NCBI GenBank assembly: GCA_012295275.1
Contig: CM022674.1
Span: 4,898,001 to 4,962,000, forward strand
Origin: Chrysomallon squamiferum
Taxonomy: Eukaryota > Animalia > Mollusca
Length of the DNA stretch: 64,000 nucleotides
Direction: 5' to 3'
In this document: positions 1 through 64,000 of the stretch, piece by piece
Layout: every line of letters starts with the position of its first letter
Numbering within the stretch: position 1 is the stretch's first letter
Notes under the pieces: generated by a model
Told to the model about the DNA's origin: nothing
The model's database searches: none
Seen by the model: the letters and a program-made list of their open reading frames with translations, nothing else
Translations under genes and position numbers: made by a program

Positions 1-492
1 AAACATCCAAACCAATAAACAAACGCACAAACAAATAAACAAACAAACGAACAAACAAAAAACAAACAAATAAAGAAGCAAAGAAATAAATAAATTTAAA
101 AAAAATATATAAGAAATAAATAATAAATAAATAAGATAAATAAATAAATAAAATAAAACAAAATAAAATAAAATAAATATATTAATGAGTAAACAAAGGA
201 ACCTGCAAATAAATAAGCATATAAACAAAAAATAAAAAATAAAGAAAAAGTGATTAATAATAACAGATAAGAAAAAAAAAAAAAAAAAAGAAATCGAAGA
301 AATAAAGAAACAACGAATGAAAGAAGAAATAATGATGAAAAATATAACAAACGATTGACGAACGAACGAACGAACGAACGAACGAAAGAATGAATGTAAA
401 ATGAGAAAAAGAAGAAAAAAGAAATAAAAAAGAAGAAGAAGAAGAAACGAGAGAATTAAATAAAGAGAAACACTTATTAAAGTCAATCTTAC

Positions 493-43678
<43,186 letters not shown>

Positions 43679-43721
43679 GGCTATGAAGTAGCGTCTGTCT
43701 CACAGCGAGAGGAGAATTACA

Positions 43722-43728
43722 ATTTATA
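43722..43728 (-). promoter_or_regulatory. Candidate TATA box of the polybasic-VWD gene
   Basis: GTATAAATT on the minus strand about 45-50 nt upstream of the ATG, in otherwise GC-richer unique sequence. Confidence 0.55.
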
Positions 43729-44819
43729 CTAGTCCGTACCCGCGTTCGGTTTCAGCCGGATATTAAGCCATGATTTTTGCACCAGATGTCGACCAGAACG
43801 TGTATTTCGCGAAATTAAGAAAGAATAAGTAAACTCCAGATCAAATTAACAAATTTAATAAACACCGGTTTTTTTTTTGTTGTTGTTTTTTTTTTTTATT
43901 ATTATTTTCGTAACAGCTTTTAATAATAAAAAAATATATGTGTGGTTTTTTTTGTGTGTTTTTTTTTAAATTTTGGAAGAAAACTTAAATTACGTTTCTT
44001 TTATTTGCTCTGGTCCGTGTTCGTGAGGCCGAAAATCGATTAATCGCGAAACATTTGTGTATTGGCGATTGTCAGGCCTGATAAACACATGATAGAAGTT
44101 AACACGTGAACGAAGACTAATTGCTTTAACGATATCCGAGAACGTGGACGATTGAAAAATGTTAAATAGATAACGATTATGCTAGTGAATACCCAAGGCG
44201 CATACTACACAGAGGCAGGTTCAGGGAGGGGCAGGTTCAGGGAGGGGCATCTTCTCCAAATTTGTATTCGCCGTTTATTTGGAAGAACTTTCGGGGTTGA
44301 AAGATGCAAAAATATTGTTATAATTTTCTTTCGTTCTTTCTTCTTTTTCTTTTTTCTCTCCTTCTTCTGTTCTTCCTTCTTCTTCTTTTTAATCAAAAAT
44401 ATTGAAGAATTCAGTGATAAAGGTTCTGTTTTTTCATACTAGTTCTGACTGCTACAGATCCTAATTACCCGACTGATGAAATTTCAGCCGCCACGGACTT
44501 AGCAGTAATCTATCACTTTTTATGTGCCAGTTCATAAACAGAAAGACGCTGACAGGAATGTTAAATCGTGAAGATGTAACATGTTGTCCATAATACTTCA
44601 AGAACTGGTTTAAGCAGGGTCCTCCAAGAGAAAAAATGTGCAAGATGGTACAAAACCCCTTTTGCGAGAGAGAGATTTTGGATCAACTTATAGTAAGGAT
44701 TCTAACTAGTTATCAAATAAGATAAATAATTTTTTGAGCAATGAAATGCTAAAATCTGTGTTTATATACACACACAAACACACATACATACATTCACTCA
44801 TACACACATATCTGTTTAT

Positions 44820-44892
<73 letters not shown>

Positions 44893-45024
44893 AGCGCCCT
44901 TTGAAAACCATACCTAAAATCATTATAACAATAAATACTCTATTTCAGTCAACAGATGTACTGTTTGTGTAAATGGTTTAAAAAAAAAAAAAAAAAAACA
45001 CGTGCTTACAAAGTTACACGATAA

Positions 45025-45055
<31 letters not shown>

Positions 45056-45462
45056 GAAATTAAGTGAAGCACGTTAGAAATTTGTTCGAAAGATTTAGGA
45101 AATTTTAAACTTGCGTTATCAAATTAATTTCAGCTCACGGAGGCATTGAATTACTGTTTGACAGACAAGTGACGGTCAAATTATTTTTGTTTGATTGTTC
45201 TCTGGTTTGTTGTTCGGTTTTTTTATGAATTACCAGTCTCTGATGCAGACACTCGGTTTCCGGTTTTTTCACTGTACACTTGCGTTCATAAAAAGTGAAC
45301 TGGAGTGTAAGAAAACAGTTGTTTGTTTATTTGTTTATTTATTTACTTATTGATATATTCAACTAGTGCGAAAAAAAACCCGCAATATTCAAAGAAAAAT
45401 GTAAAACAACACAACAAAACAGAGGGCAATGGAAATAACGGTAAGAGCAGCAGTATCACAAC

Positions 45463-45496
45463 CACCACCAACAACTACAACTACAACAACAACTAC

Positions 45497-45546
<50 letters not shown>

Positions 45547-45687
45547 TAACGAAAGCAATAATAATAACAATAACAATGATAATAATAATAATAATGATAA
45601 TAGCAATAACAGCAATAACGGTAACAACAACAACAGCAACAACAACAACAACAATAATAATAATAATAAAACAACAATAACAACAAC

Positions 45688-45725
<38 letters not shown>
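45463..45725. repeat. Compound (AAC/AAT)n microsatellite, intergenic
   Basis: Direct reading. Confidence 0.9.
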
Positions 45726-45727
<2 letters not shown>

Positions 45728-46199
45728 GACAAAACAGAATACGTTTGTACATATTGTATTTCAGTAAAATCGTCTCGTTTCACATTTAGTACTACAAATA
45801 CCTGTACATTCAGTCTTATTATTTATTGTTGCTTTCATTAATTTCATTCTGTATAATAATTGGGCTTTGTAATAATCACAGTCATCATCATCATCATCAT
45901 CATCATGGTTTAATGTAACTTTGTTCTTCTTCTTAAGCTGGTAATTCTGAATCGCATGAACACAAAATTCATTTTACAATTTCTTCAAAAGATTATGTAA
46001 TTTCATAATTAAATCACAGTAATTAAATCCCCAGATAGGACTGATTTATTTAAGAACTGCGTTTTCTTCTTTCTGTTTTTTTTTTTTTTGTTATTGTTGT
46101 TGTTGTTGTTTTGGTCAGCTAGGGTCCCACTATACTTTTAGTACTTCTGAAATCATGGACCTTTAACTACAATTCAATTTATTTTGGCTATTAGTTAAA

Positions 46200-46245
<46 letters not shown>

Positions 46246-46507
46246 GATTTATTTTATTTCAAGTTTTCCGAAATTCGACGAAGACAAAATAGTAGAGTCA
46301 TCGATAGAAAAAAAGAATAATCCTAAATTAAAATTTATTATCAGGGGACGCCATTTTGAATTTGTACAAGACGTTATAAATCCTTATTATGCCTCTGAGC
46401 AAATCATTCTTAAGTCCTTGCAAGCCAGTACTAGTTCTTAAAATACGTTACGGTAAGTACTCTAGTTCACTAAGATGCAATAATTAGAAAATTAGTATCA
46501 CTTGATC

Positions 46508-46572
46508 AGTGACGCAGTTTAGTCTACGTCATTGGAGTAGGTCATGTGATACTTCTTTACAAAATGGTGGCT
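46508..46572 (+). promoter_or_regulatory. Putative promoter/TSS region of the GCNT-like gene
   Basis: Cluster of TGACGCA, ACGTCA and TCATGTGA motifs plus a YY1-like AAAATGGTGGC just upstream of the tentative first exon; motif matches only. Confidence 0.3.
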
Positions 46573-46662
46573 GCTTTACGATTTCGTGCTGTTTTCTATT
46601 GTCTTCAAAACGGGAGTACTTTGTCTGACATAAGTTATATCATTGCCACGTCCTGAAGAAAT

Positions 46663-46790
46663 ATGAGGTGTATGAAAACAAAGACTAAACGCATAATTTT
46701 GTTTCTTTTGTAAGAAAAATTACGTCAAGGGAAGGGTTCGAGTTTGTCGGTCTTAAAGTTACCATTTTTCTTTTAACTTTTTTTTTCTTC

Positions 46791-46854
<64 letters not shown>

Positions 46855-47891
46855 ACATTAATTTTTTTTTTATTATTTTTTATTATTATTTGATTTTATT
46901 TTTAAATTATTTCTTTTTAATCTTTTTTATTTTTCCTTTCTTATATTTTTAATCTTTCTTTTTTTAACCTTTTTCTTTTTATATCTTTTCTTTTTTTTTT
47001 TTTTTTTTTTTTTCTCACCGTTTTCTACTTATTAAAATGCTCCAAATATCTGAAATCTGAGTTAGCTCACTAGGGTTACATAATAAATACACTTGCATAC
47101 TTTAACTTATATTCATTCAGTTTACAGTGTATGGTTAGTAACAGAAAAATCTACAAACTATATTAACTGGGTGATCTTTTGACAAACTGTGTCATGAAAT
47201 CATATTTCTTGTAGTCATAATATTAATAATAAAGGGCATCACCTAAAATTTTCATTACAATAATTTTAATAATTACTTAACCACAACATGATTATAAAGG
47301 AATTAAATGTGTAGTGTTAGTTAACTAATTATGTACAGTGATGTAAAAATTTCGAAATTTTTTCAATTAGTTAAACTGAAATGAAGCTGAAGAAAGGTTG
47401 AGGAATTTTCAGTGAAATATATGAATGAAAATCTTGGTTTTGGTTTTGTTATTTTTCCTTTTTTTATTTAAATATTATTTTAATTCTGTGATAAATATTC
47501 TGTGTCTAAATAGGTAGTTTTAGGATGTGTTGATTTAATAATAATAATAATAAAAACAATAATAATAATAACAATAATTATTATTGTTATTGTTATTATT
47601 GTTCTTATTGTTGTTGTCATTGTTATTATTATTATAGTAGCAGTAATAGTAGTAGTAGTTGTTGTAGTACAGGCAGTTGTAGTAGCAGCAATAGTAGTAG
47701 AATGTATTCTTAATAATATAAAATTAATGTTTTTGAAAATATATTTTTAATTACGTTGCAAAGATTGATTAAAATAAAATATTAAATTTACATAATCAGT
47801 TTTTATTATTAATTTAAATCAAATTATTGCAATCTTTCAAGCTAATTTATTTCATATACATGTATATAATAAAGTTGTTATTTTGTAAAAT

Positions 47892-47941
<50 letters not shown>

Positions 47942-48757
47942 AATAATAATTATTATTATTATTATTTTATTATTATTTATCTTCAAATTATGAAAATATT
48001 TTACCTTTAGATTTTTGTTTGGGAATTCAATTTTATCATAATTAAGCATGAAACCTTTTTAAAAAAATATTTAGCCACAAAGGAAAAACAATTTAATTAA
48101 TTGTTTAATTTTCACTTACTTGACTAATTTTAGCATGCACGGACACACACTCACACTGGTGTGTGTGTGTGTGTGTATGTGTGTGTGTTTGTGAGTGTGT
48201 AACTGTTTTTATTTTTCTGTTCAGAACTAAAATTTCAAGGCACCGTGTAAAGGTGTTTGTGTTGCTAGCTGCTGCTCTCTACCTGGCCACTGTTGTAATG
48301 AAAAAACGAACTTACCAGTTGGTGCCTTCTCTTTGGAGATATTATCAATCAAATCCAAATGGGGCAGGAAACATCTTCGTTCATCATGTGGTATGTGGCT
48401 ACTCTCTCATACACATCTGCATGAACACACATACACACACAGACACACACAGACACACACAGAGAGACACAGACACACAGACAGACACACACATGCACAC
48501 ACACACAATACACACAAATGCATACATACACTTATATGGAGAGGTAGATGATAGATAGAAAGATAGATAGATACACACACAAACAGAAAAGTGATCGGCA
48601 GATAGACAGATAGATACACAGACAGAAAATACATATCTATAGATATAAAAACACAAAAACATAAACACAGAAGTATGTTCATATGCTTACAATGGTAGGG
48701 CAGTTTCTTTATAACATCTTCAATGAGAGATTGAGAGATCGTCTGAAAGAAAGTGAG

Positions 48758-48851
<94 letters not shown>

Positions 48852-49061
48852 GAGAGAGGGAGACAGAGAGAGACAGAGTGAGAGAGAGAGGGAGACAGAG
48901 AGAGAAAGAGAAGAGAAAGAGAGAGAGAGGGGGAGACAGAGAGACAGAGTGAGAGAGAGAGACAGAGAGACAGAGAGAAGAGAGTGAGAGAGAGGAAGAC
49001 AGAGAGGGAGACAGAGAAGAGAGAGAGAAAGAGAAGAGAAGAGAGAGGGAGAGAGAGACAG

Positions 49062-49099
<38 letters not shown>

Positions 49100-49881
49100 A
49101 AGAGAGAGGGGGAGAGAGAGTCAGTCACACACAGACACATTAAATATTAGATTATCTCATTTAAATATCCCATTTAAAAAAAAAAATAATTAAAAAAAAC
49201 ATTTACTGTGGTTGTAGTTGGAATGTGACAAACTGTTCAGTGGAGATGCAGAGAGCCAGGACATTGCACTTGACATAACAAACCACTGGAGATACGTACC
49301 TTTCACCACCAGTCAGTACGTGAAGTGGACAGCAAACTGCAGACGCTTCGTCAGCGACCGCAACTACATCGTCAATGTGTCTGACAAAGAAAGAGACTTC
49401 CCTATCGCCTTCGGCATCCTTGTGTACACAGACGTCGAACAGTTTGAACGGCTTTTGCGTGCGATCTACCGACCCAGCAACGTCTACTGCGTTCACATCG
49501 ACACAAAATCAACACACGAGTTTAAGAAAGCAGTCAGCAGAATTGTCGACTGTTTTGACAATGTTTTTCTGTCGTCTGTGTCGTTCAAAGTGACCTGGGG
49601 CAGTTTGACAGTGCTGCTTCCAGAGATTGTGTGTATTCAGGATCTTTTTAAATACAAGTGGAAGTACTACATCAATCTCACGGGACAGGAATTTCCACTG
49701 AAGACAAATCATGAACTGGTGGATATTCTGATGGCGTACAATGGTGCTAATGATATACATTATGACTCGAAGTAAGATGATGCATTTTATAACTGTATTT
49801 AAAATTATGTCTTGAAGATGTTTTCGTTGAAATGTTTAGGCTTCAGGAGTAAATACAGTTATTTCATGTGGATATCTCATT

Positions 49882-49937
<56 letters not shown>

Positions 49938-50053
49938 GTTCTTAGTTGAAAAAGATGAAAGGCAGAATGGTGAAAAATGGGCATTGCTGGACAAAAGTTC
50001 TTAGAACTTTAATTTATTATTTTTATTTTTATTTATTTATTTTTTTTTTTTAT

Positions 50054-50108
<55 letters not shown>

Positions 50109-51868
50109 TATTATTTTATTATTTTTTATTTTTTTTTTTTTTTTGTATCTACTGTTTTTTCCCTCCTATTAAGTTGTATCTTCAGACAAAATACTGATAT
50201 AAATCGGCAATAATGTGTTCATTTGCAATATAAAGAAATAAAATTCAGAGATAGGTCAGATTAAATCCAGATGCAATAAATAATTACTTGGAAGAATATA
50301 TTTATTTGTATTGCTGAAAATACATCATAATACTGTACACTGCACAAAAAAATTCCTTCAACTTATATGTAAGTTTATCCATACATTTGATTTAATGACA
50401 GTTAAAATGTATTCACAAGGAACACCTGTGTTTTTCTTTATATTTCTAGAGACATAGGTAATACAAATGAAGAGATTAAATTTTATATTTCTTTATAACA
50501 AAAACAAAATATATATATACCTTCCATATGCCTTGTATTAAACTTTATATTTCTATATGATACAGAAATATATTCTGTCCACACCTTGCATGTTATTAAT
50601 TACTTTTATCTTTCTTTTTAAAATAAAATTATTTTTTTCAGAGTGGAGGATACATTCATCAGATGGGAAGATGCTGGTAGCCCTCCTGATGGTTTAACTT
50701 TGAGGAAAGGATCTGTACACATCACAGCTAACAGAGAATTTCTTGAGCAGATTCTTGCATCTGAGGTAGCTTTTCATTTCATAATGTGGCTGAAAAATAC
50801 TGGAATACCAGATGAAACTTTCTTCAGCACCTTAAACCACAACCCACAATTAGGTCTTCCAGGATCTTATAAATACACTGGTATGTATTGTCTGTCTCTT
50901 CATCTGTTAGTCTGTTCATTATCTTAACCATAATTAGGTCTTCCAGGATCTTATAAATACAGTGGTATGTATTATCTGTCTCTTCGTCTGTTAGTCTGTT
51001 CATTATCTTAACCATAATTAGGTCTTCCAGAATCTTATAAATACACTGGTATGTATTGTCTGTCTCTTCATCTGTTAGCTTTAACCATAATTAGGTCTTC
51101 CAGAATACTTTATGTACAGTAGTATGTATTGTGTTTTTGTCTGTTCCTTTTCTTAACCACAAATAGGTCCTCCAGGATGTTATGAACTCAGTAGTATGTA
51201 CTGTCTGTTGTCTGTTCATCTCTTAGTCTGTCCTTTATCTTAAGTCGAAGATAGGTCTACTAGAATAATATAAATATGATGGTATGTGTTGTCCAATATC
51301 CTAAACCAAAGTATGAATGTAATGCCTGTGTTGTCTGTTTGTTCCTCTAAATCACAGTTAGGTTTTTCAGGATACTGTAAATATAATGGTATGTACATCT
51401 ATCTGTTCATTTGTTAGTCTGTCCAATTATGTTAAACCAAAAAAAAAGATATTTCAGGATTGTATAAATGTACTCGTAGTTATTGTCTATCTATTCATCT
51501 GTATAAAATGTCCATTATCATAAACCAAAGATAGAATTAGTTAAATATAATGATATGTATTGTTTTTGTCTATTCATCTGTTAGTTTGTCCATCATCTTA
51601 AACCAGTGATAGGTCTTCTACAATTATATATTATCATGCCATACATATACTGTTGGTCACATGATCAAATTTTCCTAAGTGTCCTTACAGAACTGTTGCC
51701 TGTGTTCTGTGTTTTGTTTGTTTGTTTGTTTGTTTGTTTGTTTATTTTTATTATATTTATTATTTTTTTTTTTTTATTAAGGATGTCAGGGCTATTACAG
51801 ATTTAATACCTTTTTATTATCACTACTGTTACTATTACTATTATTACTATTGCTAATATTACTACTAC

Positions 51869-51928
<60 letters not shown>

Positions 51929-52619
51929 GTATTTATTTATTTATTTATTTTATACATTTCTATATAAAGAAAGACCAGTAATGAACTGGAAGCTACCTGC
52001 AGTCTAAATTACTTTATTACATACTTTATCATTAGCAAAGGTTGTCATTCAGCAGCATACCAATCAGCATTAAAAAGTCTTAGAACTTAATCAGAGTTAG
52101 ACATTTGCAGAAATATGCAGAAATTTGGCATCTCTTTCCATAATCACATGATTCTAACTTTATAGGGACGATACTGTTTATTTTAATCTTGTTATATATA
52201 ATTCTAATTATTTATTTATTTGTTTGTTTATTTATTTATTTCCTTCCTGTATTTTCAAAGCATCAAAGAATGGTCATAAACCTTTCATGGCAAGGTACAA
52301 GCTGTGGGGAAAAGAAGCCATTCCAAGAAACATCACATGCTATGGATTATACAGTCGCGGAATCTGTGTTTTCGGAATCAAGGATTTGCCAAAGTTGGCA
52401 GGTCGTAAAGAACTGTTTGTGAATAAATTCTACCAGGATTTTGAACCCCTGGCCTACGACTGCGTAGAGGAGAGATATTTCAGGAAAGTGAAAGAAGAAA
52501 TGGAAGGAACAACACATATTAATGTTTCCTTTTATGCATCTCTGGACTTTGTCATAAACCAGATTAAATCAAACAGAACAACAACTGAACTTGAAAACAG
52601 AACTTTATATTTTTATTAG
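46663..52619 (+). CDS. Core-2/I-branching beta-1,6-N-acetylglucosaminyltransferase (GCNT family, GT14), ~440 aa type II membrane protein
   Basis: Exons 46663-46667 (ATG AG, tentative), 48225-48390, 49218-49771, 50642-50880, 52261-52619 join in frame. N-terminal TM anchor VFVLLAAALYLATVVM. Family motifs FPIAFGILVY, ERLLRAIYRPSNVYCVHIDTKS, WKYYINLTGQEFPLKTNHELV, IPDETFFSTLNHN, RGICVFG..DL, LFVNKF. Confidence 0.93.
49218..49771 (+). CDS. GCNT-like exon 3 (main Branch-domain exon)
   Basis: Matches ORF 49218..49775; TGTAG acceptor, AA|GTAAG donor. Confidence 0.95.
50845..51625 (+). repeat. Degenerate ~84-bp minisatellite starting inside GCNT exon 4
   Basis: TAGGTCTTCCAG recurs at 50851, 50935, 51019, 51092, 51164, then increasingly degenerate copies to ~51620. 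Confidence 0.8.
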
Positions 52620-55600
52620 TTTTCATTGTTTTATTCATTTTTATATTGAGTTATTGAAATTTATATCTTCTCAATCCAGATTAATTTTCCTGTGAGTTAC
52701 TGAAATGATTGACATAAGTTTTGAATTTAATCATGAGTAATAGAACTTTGAAAGATGAATTATTGAGTTACAGAATTTTATTACACAAGTTATTGAATTT
52801 TTTTATGTCACAGAACGTCATAACACAAGTTGCTGTATTTAATAATGTTATACGTTTTTGTATAGCGAGTTATGGAATTTTATTGAATTTCATATGAACT
52901 TTTGAATTGTACACTGTGAGTTATAGAACTGTATATAATGAATTTCTTAATCTGATGATGTGTACAGATGTATACTGTGTGAGTTATTAAGCATTGTTGG
53001 TTATTTAACTTTATAAAATGAGTTACTGAATTTCATACAATAAGTTTTTCAATAAGGATATGAGTTACTGACCATTACGACTTGAGTTATTGACCTTTTT
53101 AGGTATGTTATTGAACTTAACATTTGAGTTACAGGACTTTATAGTTTATAATGTGAGTTAAATATACTTTTAAAATTAATGCTAAGTAAAATAAGTAGCC
53201 ATTTTTCATATTACATCAGTGTGATTGTATAACACAGGCAGAACAGCACTAATCCATTATCTCTAGTCCAGGATTATTTGACAATCCATAAGTTTCATGA
53301 TTTATCACAAAAAATAAATAGAATAATAATAAAATAAATAAATAAATAATAATTATTATTATTATGATGTTGATGATGATGATGAAGATGATGATGATGA
53401 TAATGATAATAATAAATCAAATATTTACTATTTATTAACAGTAAATTATTCTGCTATTTCTTTTTCTACTGCTATGCTATTTTATAGAGTAAAAAAAATG
53501 ATGGAATAATGGTGAAAGAGATGCATGGTTGGAGAGAGGGAATAAAAGACAGATACTTTCACTCAGAGGAATATGCACACACACACAAACACACACACAC
53601 ACACACACACAACTGAACACACACGAGGGCCAATAGTATCTGAGTTTGAGTGGCAGTTTGAATGTCTGTGTACATGTGAATGTGTAAATGTTTACACATA
53701 CAAACATACATACATTCACATATATATGTATATGTATATATATATATACACAGAGAAACACGTGTGTATGTACTGATGTGTGTGTTGTGTTAAATTTATT
53801 GTTTATTGTTCATATTTCTTTCAAAGGGCATTAGAGAACGTTTTTAAGCATCAAAATAAAACATGCTGATGGAGAAAACCATTGTTGTTGTTGTTTGTTT
53901 TTGTTATTTTTAATGCTACAGTTGTAGTATTTATTTAGTGAAGAAAATGAATGGAGAGACAATAGAAAAACAGACAAAAAGATAAAGAAATACAAAAACA
54001 TGAAAAAGGTCACAGGAAAAAGAAATGTATATTAAAGTATCAGTATTCTTCAACTTTGTGTTTGTGTGTGTGTGTACATATATCTCTGTTTATGTCTGTA
54101 TATGAGTGAGTATATGTGTGTATTCTTGAGTGCATCTATATGTGCATGTATGTTTATGTATGGTTGTATTTATTTGAGTGTGATTGTATATGTGTGTGTT
54201 TTTGTGAGATTGTGTGTGTGTGTGTGTGTGTGTGTGTTTGTATGTATGTATGTAAATGATTGTGGATGTCTAACATCTGGCTAAATAGTTTTACTGTTTA
54301 AATCAAATATTAATAAATGAATACTACCACCAGTAACAGGAATAATAATAACAACAACAATGATGATGATTATACTAAAAATAAATCCAACAGTGATGAT
54401 GATACTAAACTGTTTCAATAATAACTATGATTTGATAACATGAATACTACATTTAATAATAAACACTGACCTCTAATACAAATTAATCATTTTTTTGTTT
54501 ACATAAACTGGTCTGCCATCTTACATGTTAAATACTGTTAGTATTGCATTATGCTTTGTTTGCTTTAAGAGTTCTTTAGGTACTGTGTGTTCAGCTTCAG
54601 CAATGTAAATAGTTCACAGTATTGGCTATGTGTGGTAACCTAGGTTACAACACAAGTTGTCAGTATTCACATATTTTATTTACTTCTATAATGATAGCAT
54701 TAACAATAGTTATCAAAGATGCTTATGTATTTCTTTTTGTTTTTTCGTGGGTTTTTTGGTCATTTTTGTTGTATTTGTCTGTAAGAAATTACAAAGTTGA
54801 TGTTTTATGGTTATTAAAGTTATGTTTATGTTATGATCTCCAGCAAGTACATCTGAACTCTCTCTCTCACACACACACATACACCCACACACACACACAC
54901 ACACACGTGTTACAAGAAATAATTACATATTTTGAATATTTTATATAAAAATCACTGAACTGAAAGTAACGTGGCCTAAGTTGTTAATGATCCACGAAAT
55001 CTGGATATCCACAGAACCAAGGCTTTGTTAAAAACCAACAAGCTGTTACAATGAGGACATGTTTGTTTGTTTTGGTTAGCAGATAACAATAAAGCTGAAT
55101 GGACTGTTTGGACTCATATTTGTTCAGTTTTAGAAGAACTGCTGTCTTAAGTGTTCCCCATCTACAGCACTGGCTGTCATGATCTCTAGCATCTCTCCTG
55201 AAACTCTCAGTCGACTTCAATCACAGGATGATTTACATGCAACCAATGCACTGCCATTTACTGAGTGAATCAGAATTTAAACGTTTTTCCAGAAATTTTC
55301 AGGAATAAGAAATATATCCTAATTATACATATTTCCAAACAAACACACACACACATGCCAACATGCATAAACATGTACAACATTCAGAGTTAAATACATT
55401 AACATATACATACATACATACATACATTCACACACACATACACACATACTGACAGAGTGTGAGGTCGTGATTGGACTTTGTCCTTTTGTACATTCCCATA
55501 TTGTCTGTGTGTCGTCTAATCAGACACACACACACACACACACACAGATACATGTATACATACATACAGACAGACAGACACAAAGACACATGCATATATA

Positions 55601-56692
55601 CATACATACATACATAAAGTTCTGATAACATTAATTTATTAAACAAAGGCTCTGGATTGAGTTCTGGTAAAAAAAAAATAAACAAGATTAATAGTAGGAT
55701 TTAGAACAAATATCTGAAATTCACTTTAATTTATTTTATTAACAGTGCATCACACACAAATTGGTATAAGATATTAATATTCAGCAGAGAAGTAAAAATC
55801 TGATTGTCTATTTTTGAGAAATGGAAAGTAAATTCCAGTTAAGGCATCAACCAGTGAATACATTATACTTCAAATTACACCTCTCTGCTAAATACAGGAG
55901 TCTAAATGAAATTTTTGTTCTTATTAAAAGACAATACATGATCCTGAATTAAATGGAGTTTTCTATCAACTGTGGAAAATACTGAATTATAAATCAAAGT
56001 TTTGTTCTGTCAAAAATAAATAGTTGTTGGTTCTGAATTTATTTATCAGTATTAAAAATAAAATTTAGTTCATCTGTTATTGGTAGCATAAATTATGAGT
56101 TTATCAATAAAATTTTGAAATCTGTAAATAACAGAAAATACCAAATTCAAATGAACTTTTTGTTCTTTTTTTTTCTTGATTTTTTTCCCCCTCTGTAAAT
56201 ATAAATACCTGAGTATAAATTAAATATTTCTTCAGAACTATGAAACCAAATTTATTTTCTCTAAGTGGAATTAAATACCTTGAATCACAATTTCATTTTG
56301 TCAGTAGTAGAAAATATTTCATTTGGATACAAATACCGATTTTGTTATTAAGAAAATAAAAACATTTAATCAGATTTAATATCTGCCAACAGCAGAAAAT
56401 ACTTCATTTTGTCAGTATTTGAAAGTAACTGATTTTGAAGCAAATTTTATTTACACTTGACTTTGAATATTTGATTTCTGCTAATAACTGAAAAACACCC
56501 ATGAATCAAATTTTGGTTCTGTTAACAGCAGAAAATACTCGAATTTCAATCAAAATCGGGTTTCGTCAGGAGTATAAAATAGCTGACTTCAAATCAAATT
56601 TCAGATCTGTCATCAATAAAAATAAAATAAACTTTTGTCTTGGAAGTCTTTTTTTCTCTCTCTGCAAATGCTAGACAACATCAGAGACTGTA

Positions 56693-63357
<6,665 letters not shown>

Positions 63358-63793
63358 TATTGTACACTGTTCATTCGTACGTGTTACGCAGGTCCAGCAT
63401 AGAATAACCTAAAAGAGCCGAAAATAAACTAAAATAACTATAACGAAAAAAAAAAGAGATATAAATTATAATATAAATTTATAACCATATGCAAATTAAT
63501 AAGCAGTTAGATTTTAAATGATTTAAAAAGACCGAAATCAGGAAAATACTTTTTGAAAGAAGGTCGTACTGAAATAAATACTAAAATAGGAGACAAACAA
63601 AATTTATAAATTAATTTTTAGAACCTTTAACATACTGTTTAATTTATTGTTAATTAATAATCATTAATGATCATTATAAATATATTGCATTTAAAGTGTG
63701 ATGAAAGAGATATAATAATTTTGTTTACTATTTATTTTTATTCATTTTGGTTTTAATTAGTTTACATTCACTGATTCTGACAGTTCCATACTA

Positions 63794-63803
63794 ACCGGAA
63801 GTG
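63794..63803 (+). promoter_or_regulatory. ETS-family consensus ACCGGAAGTG upstream of CENATAC
   Basis: Exact ETS (GABP/ELK-type) consensus ~440 nt upstream of the ATG in very AT-rich context; motif match only. Confidence 0.35.
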
Positions 63804-64000
63804 AATTGTGCGGAAAAAAGGAAATAAACTGATAAACAAAACTGACAAAAATACTTAATTTAATCTCTGAATCATTATATATCTTAAATAGTAAGTTTAA
63901 TTGATTAGAATATTACGTCAATTCCGGATTTTAAAGATCCATTTGTTTCTCTTTTCATTACATTCGTATTTAATAATTTCAGATAGTCTATTTCCGTTAT

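Noticed and set aside
44170-44680. GC-richer unique segment with a short direct repeat (GGCAGGTTCAGGGAGG x2)
   Set aside because: Could be a transposon remnant or enhancer, but I found no TIR, TSD, recognisable ORF or splice pattern.
45323-45841. Poly-Asn/Ile/Leu/Tyr ORFs here and many similar ORFs across the window (also poly-ER/SL at 48683-49193)
   Set aside because: Translations of tri- and dinucleotide microsatellites with no coding signature.
54984-55300. Complex-sequence island with a 78-aa minus ORF between GCNT and CENATAC
   Set aside because: No recognisable domain, no ATG start and no convincing exon boundaries; possibly a repeat fragment or UTR.

Overview
AT-rich, microsatellite-dense animal genomic DNA with GT-AG introns; a mollusc/cephalopod-like origin is my impression only. 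Three spliced genes can be rebuilt by hand. (1) A large minus-strand gene, ATG at 43678, running off the left edge, with at least 70 exons over 43 kb. It encodes a signal peptide, a short propiece ending in a furin-type REKR site, about 1340 aa of very basic Arg/Lys/Trp/Tyr-rich repeats built from a tandem array of tiny exons (a 4-exon, 85-aa, ~2.4-kb module repeated ~14.5 times), a Pro-rich linker and a von Willebrand factor D (VWD) domain. The ORF track misses it almost entirely, and it is the main discovery here. (2) A plus-strand core-2/I-branching beta-1,6-GlcNAc transferase (GCNT/GT14-like, ~46663-52619). (3) Minus-strand CENATAC/CCDC84 (63357-56693). The window also holds a TA-flanked Tc1/mariner-pogo-type MITE in one array intron and several minisatellites. 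All coordinates were derived by eye and may be off by a few bases.
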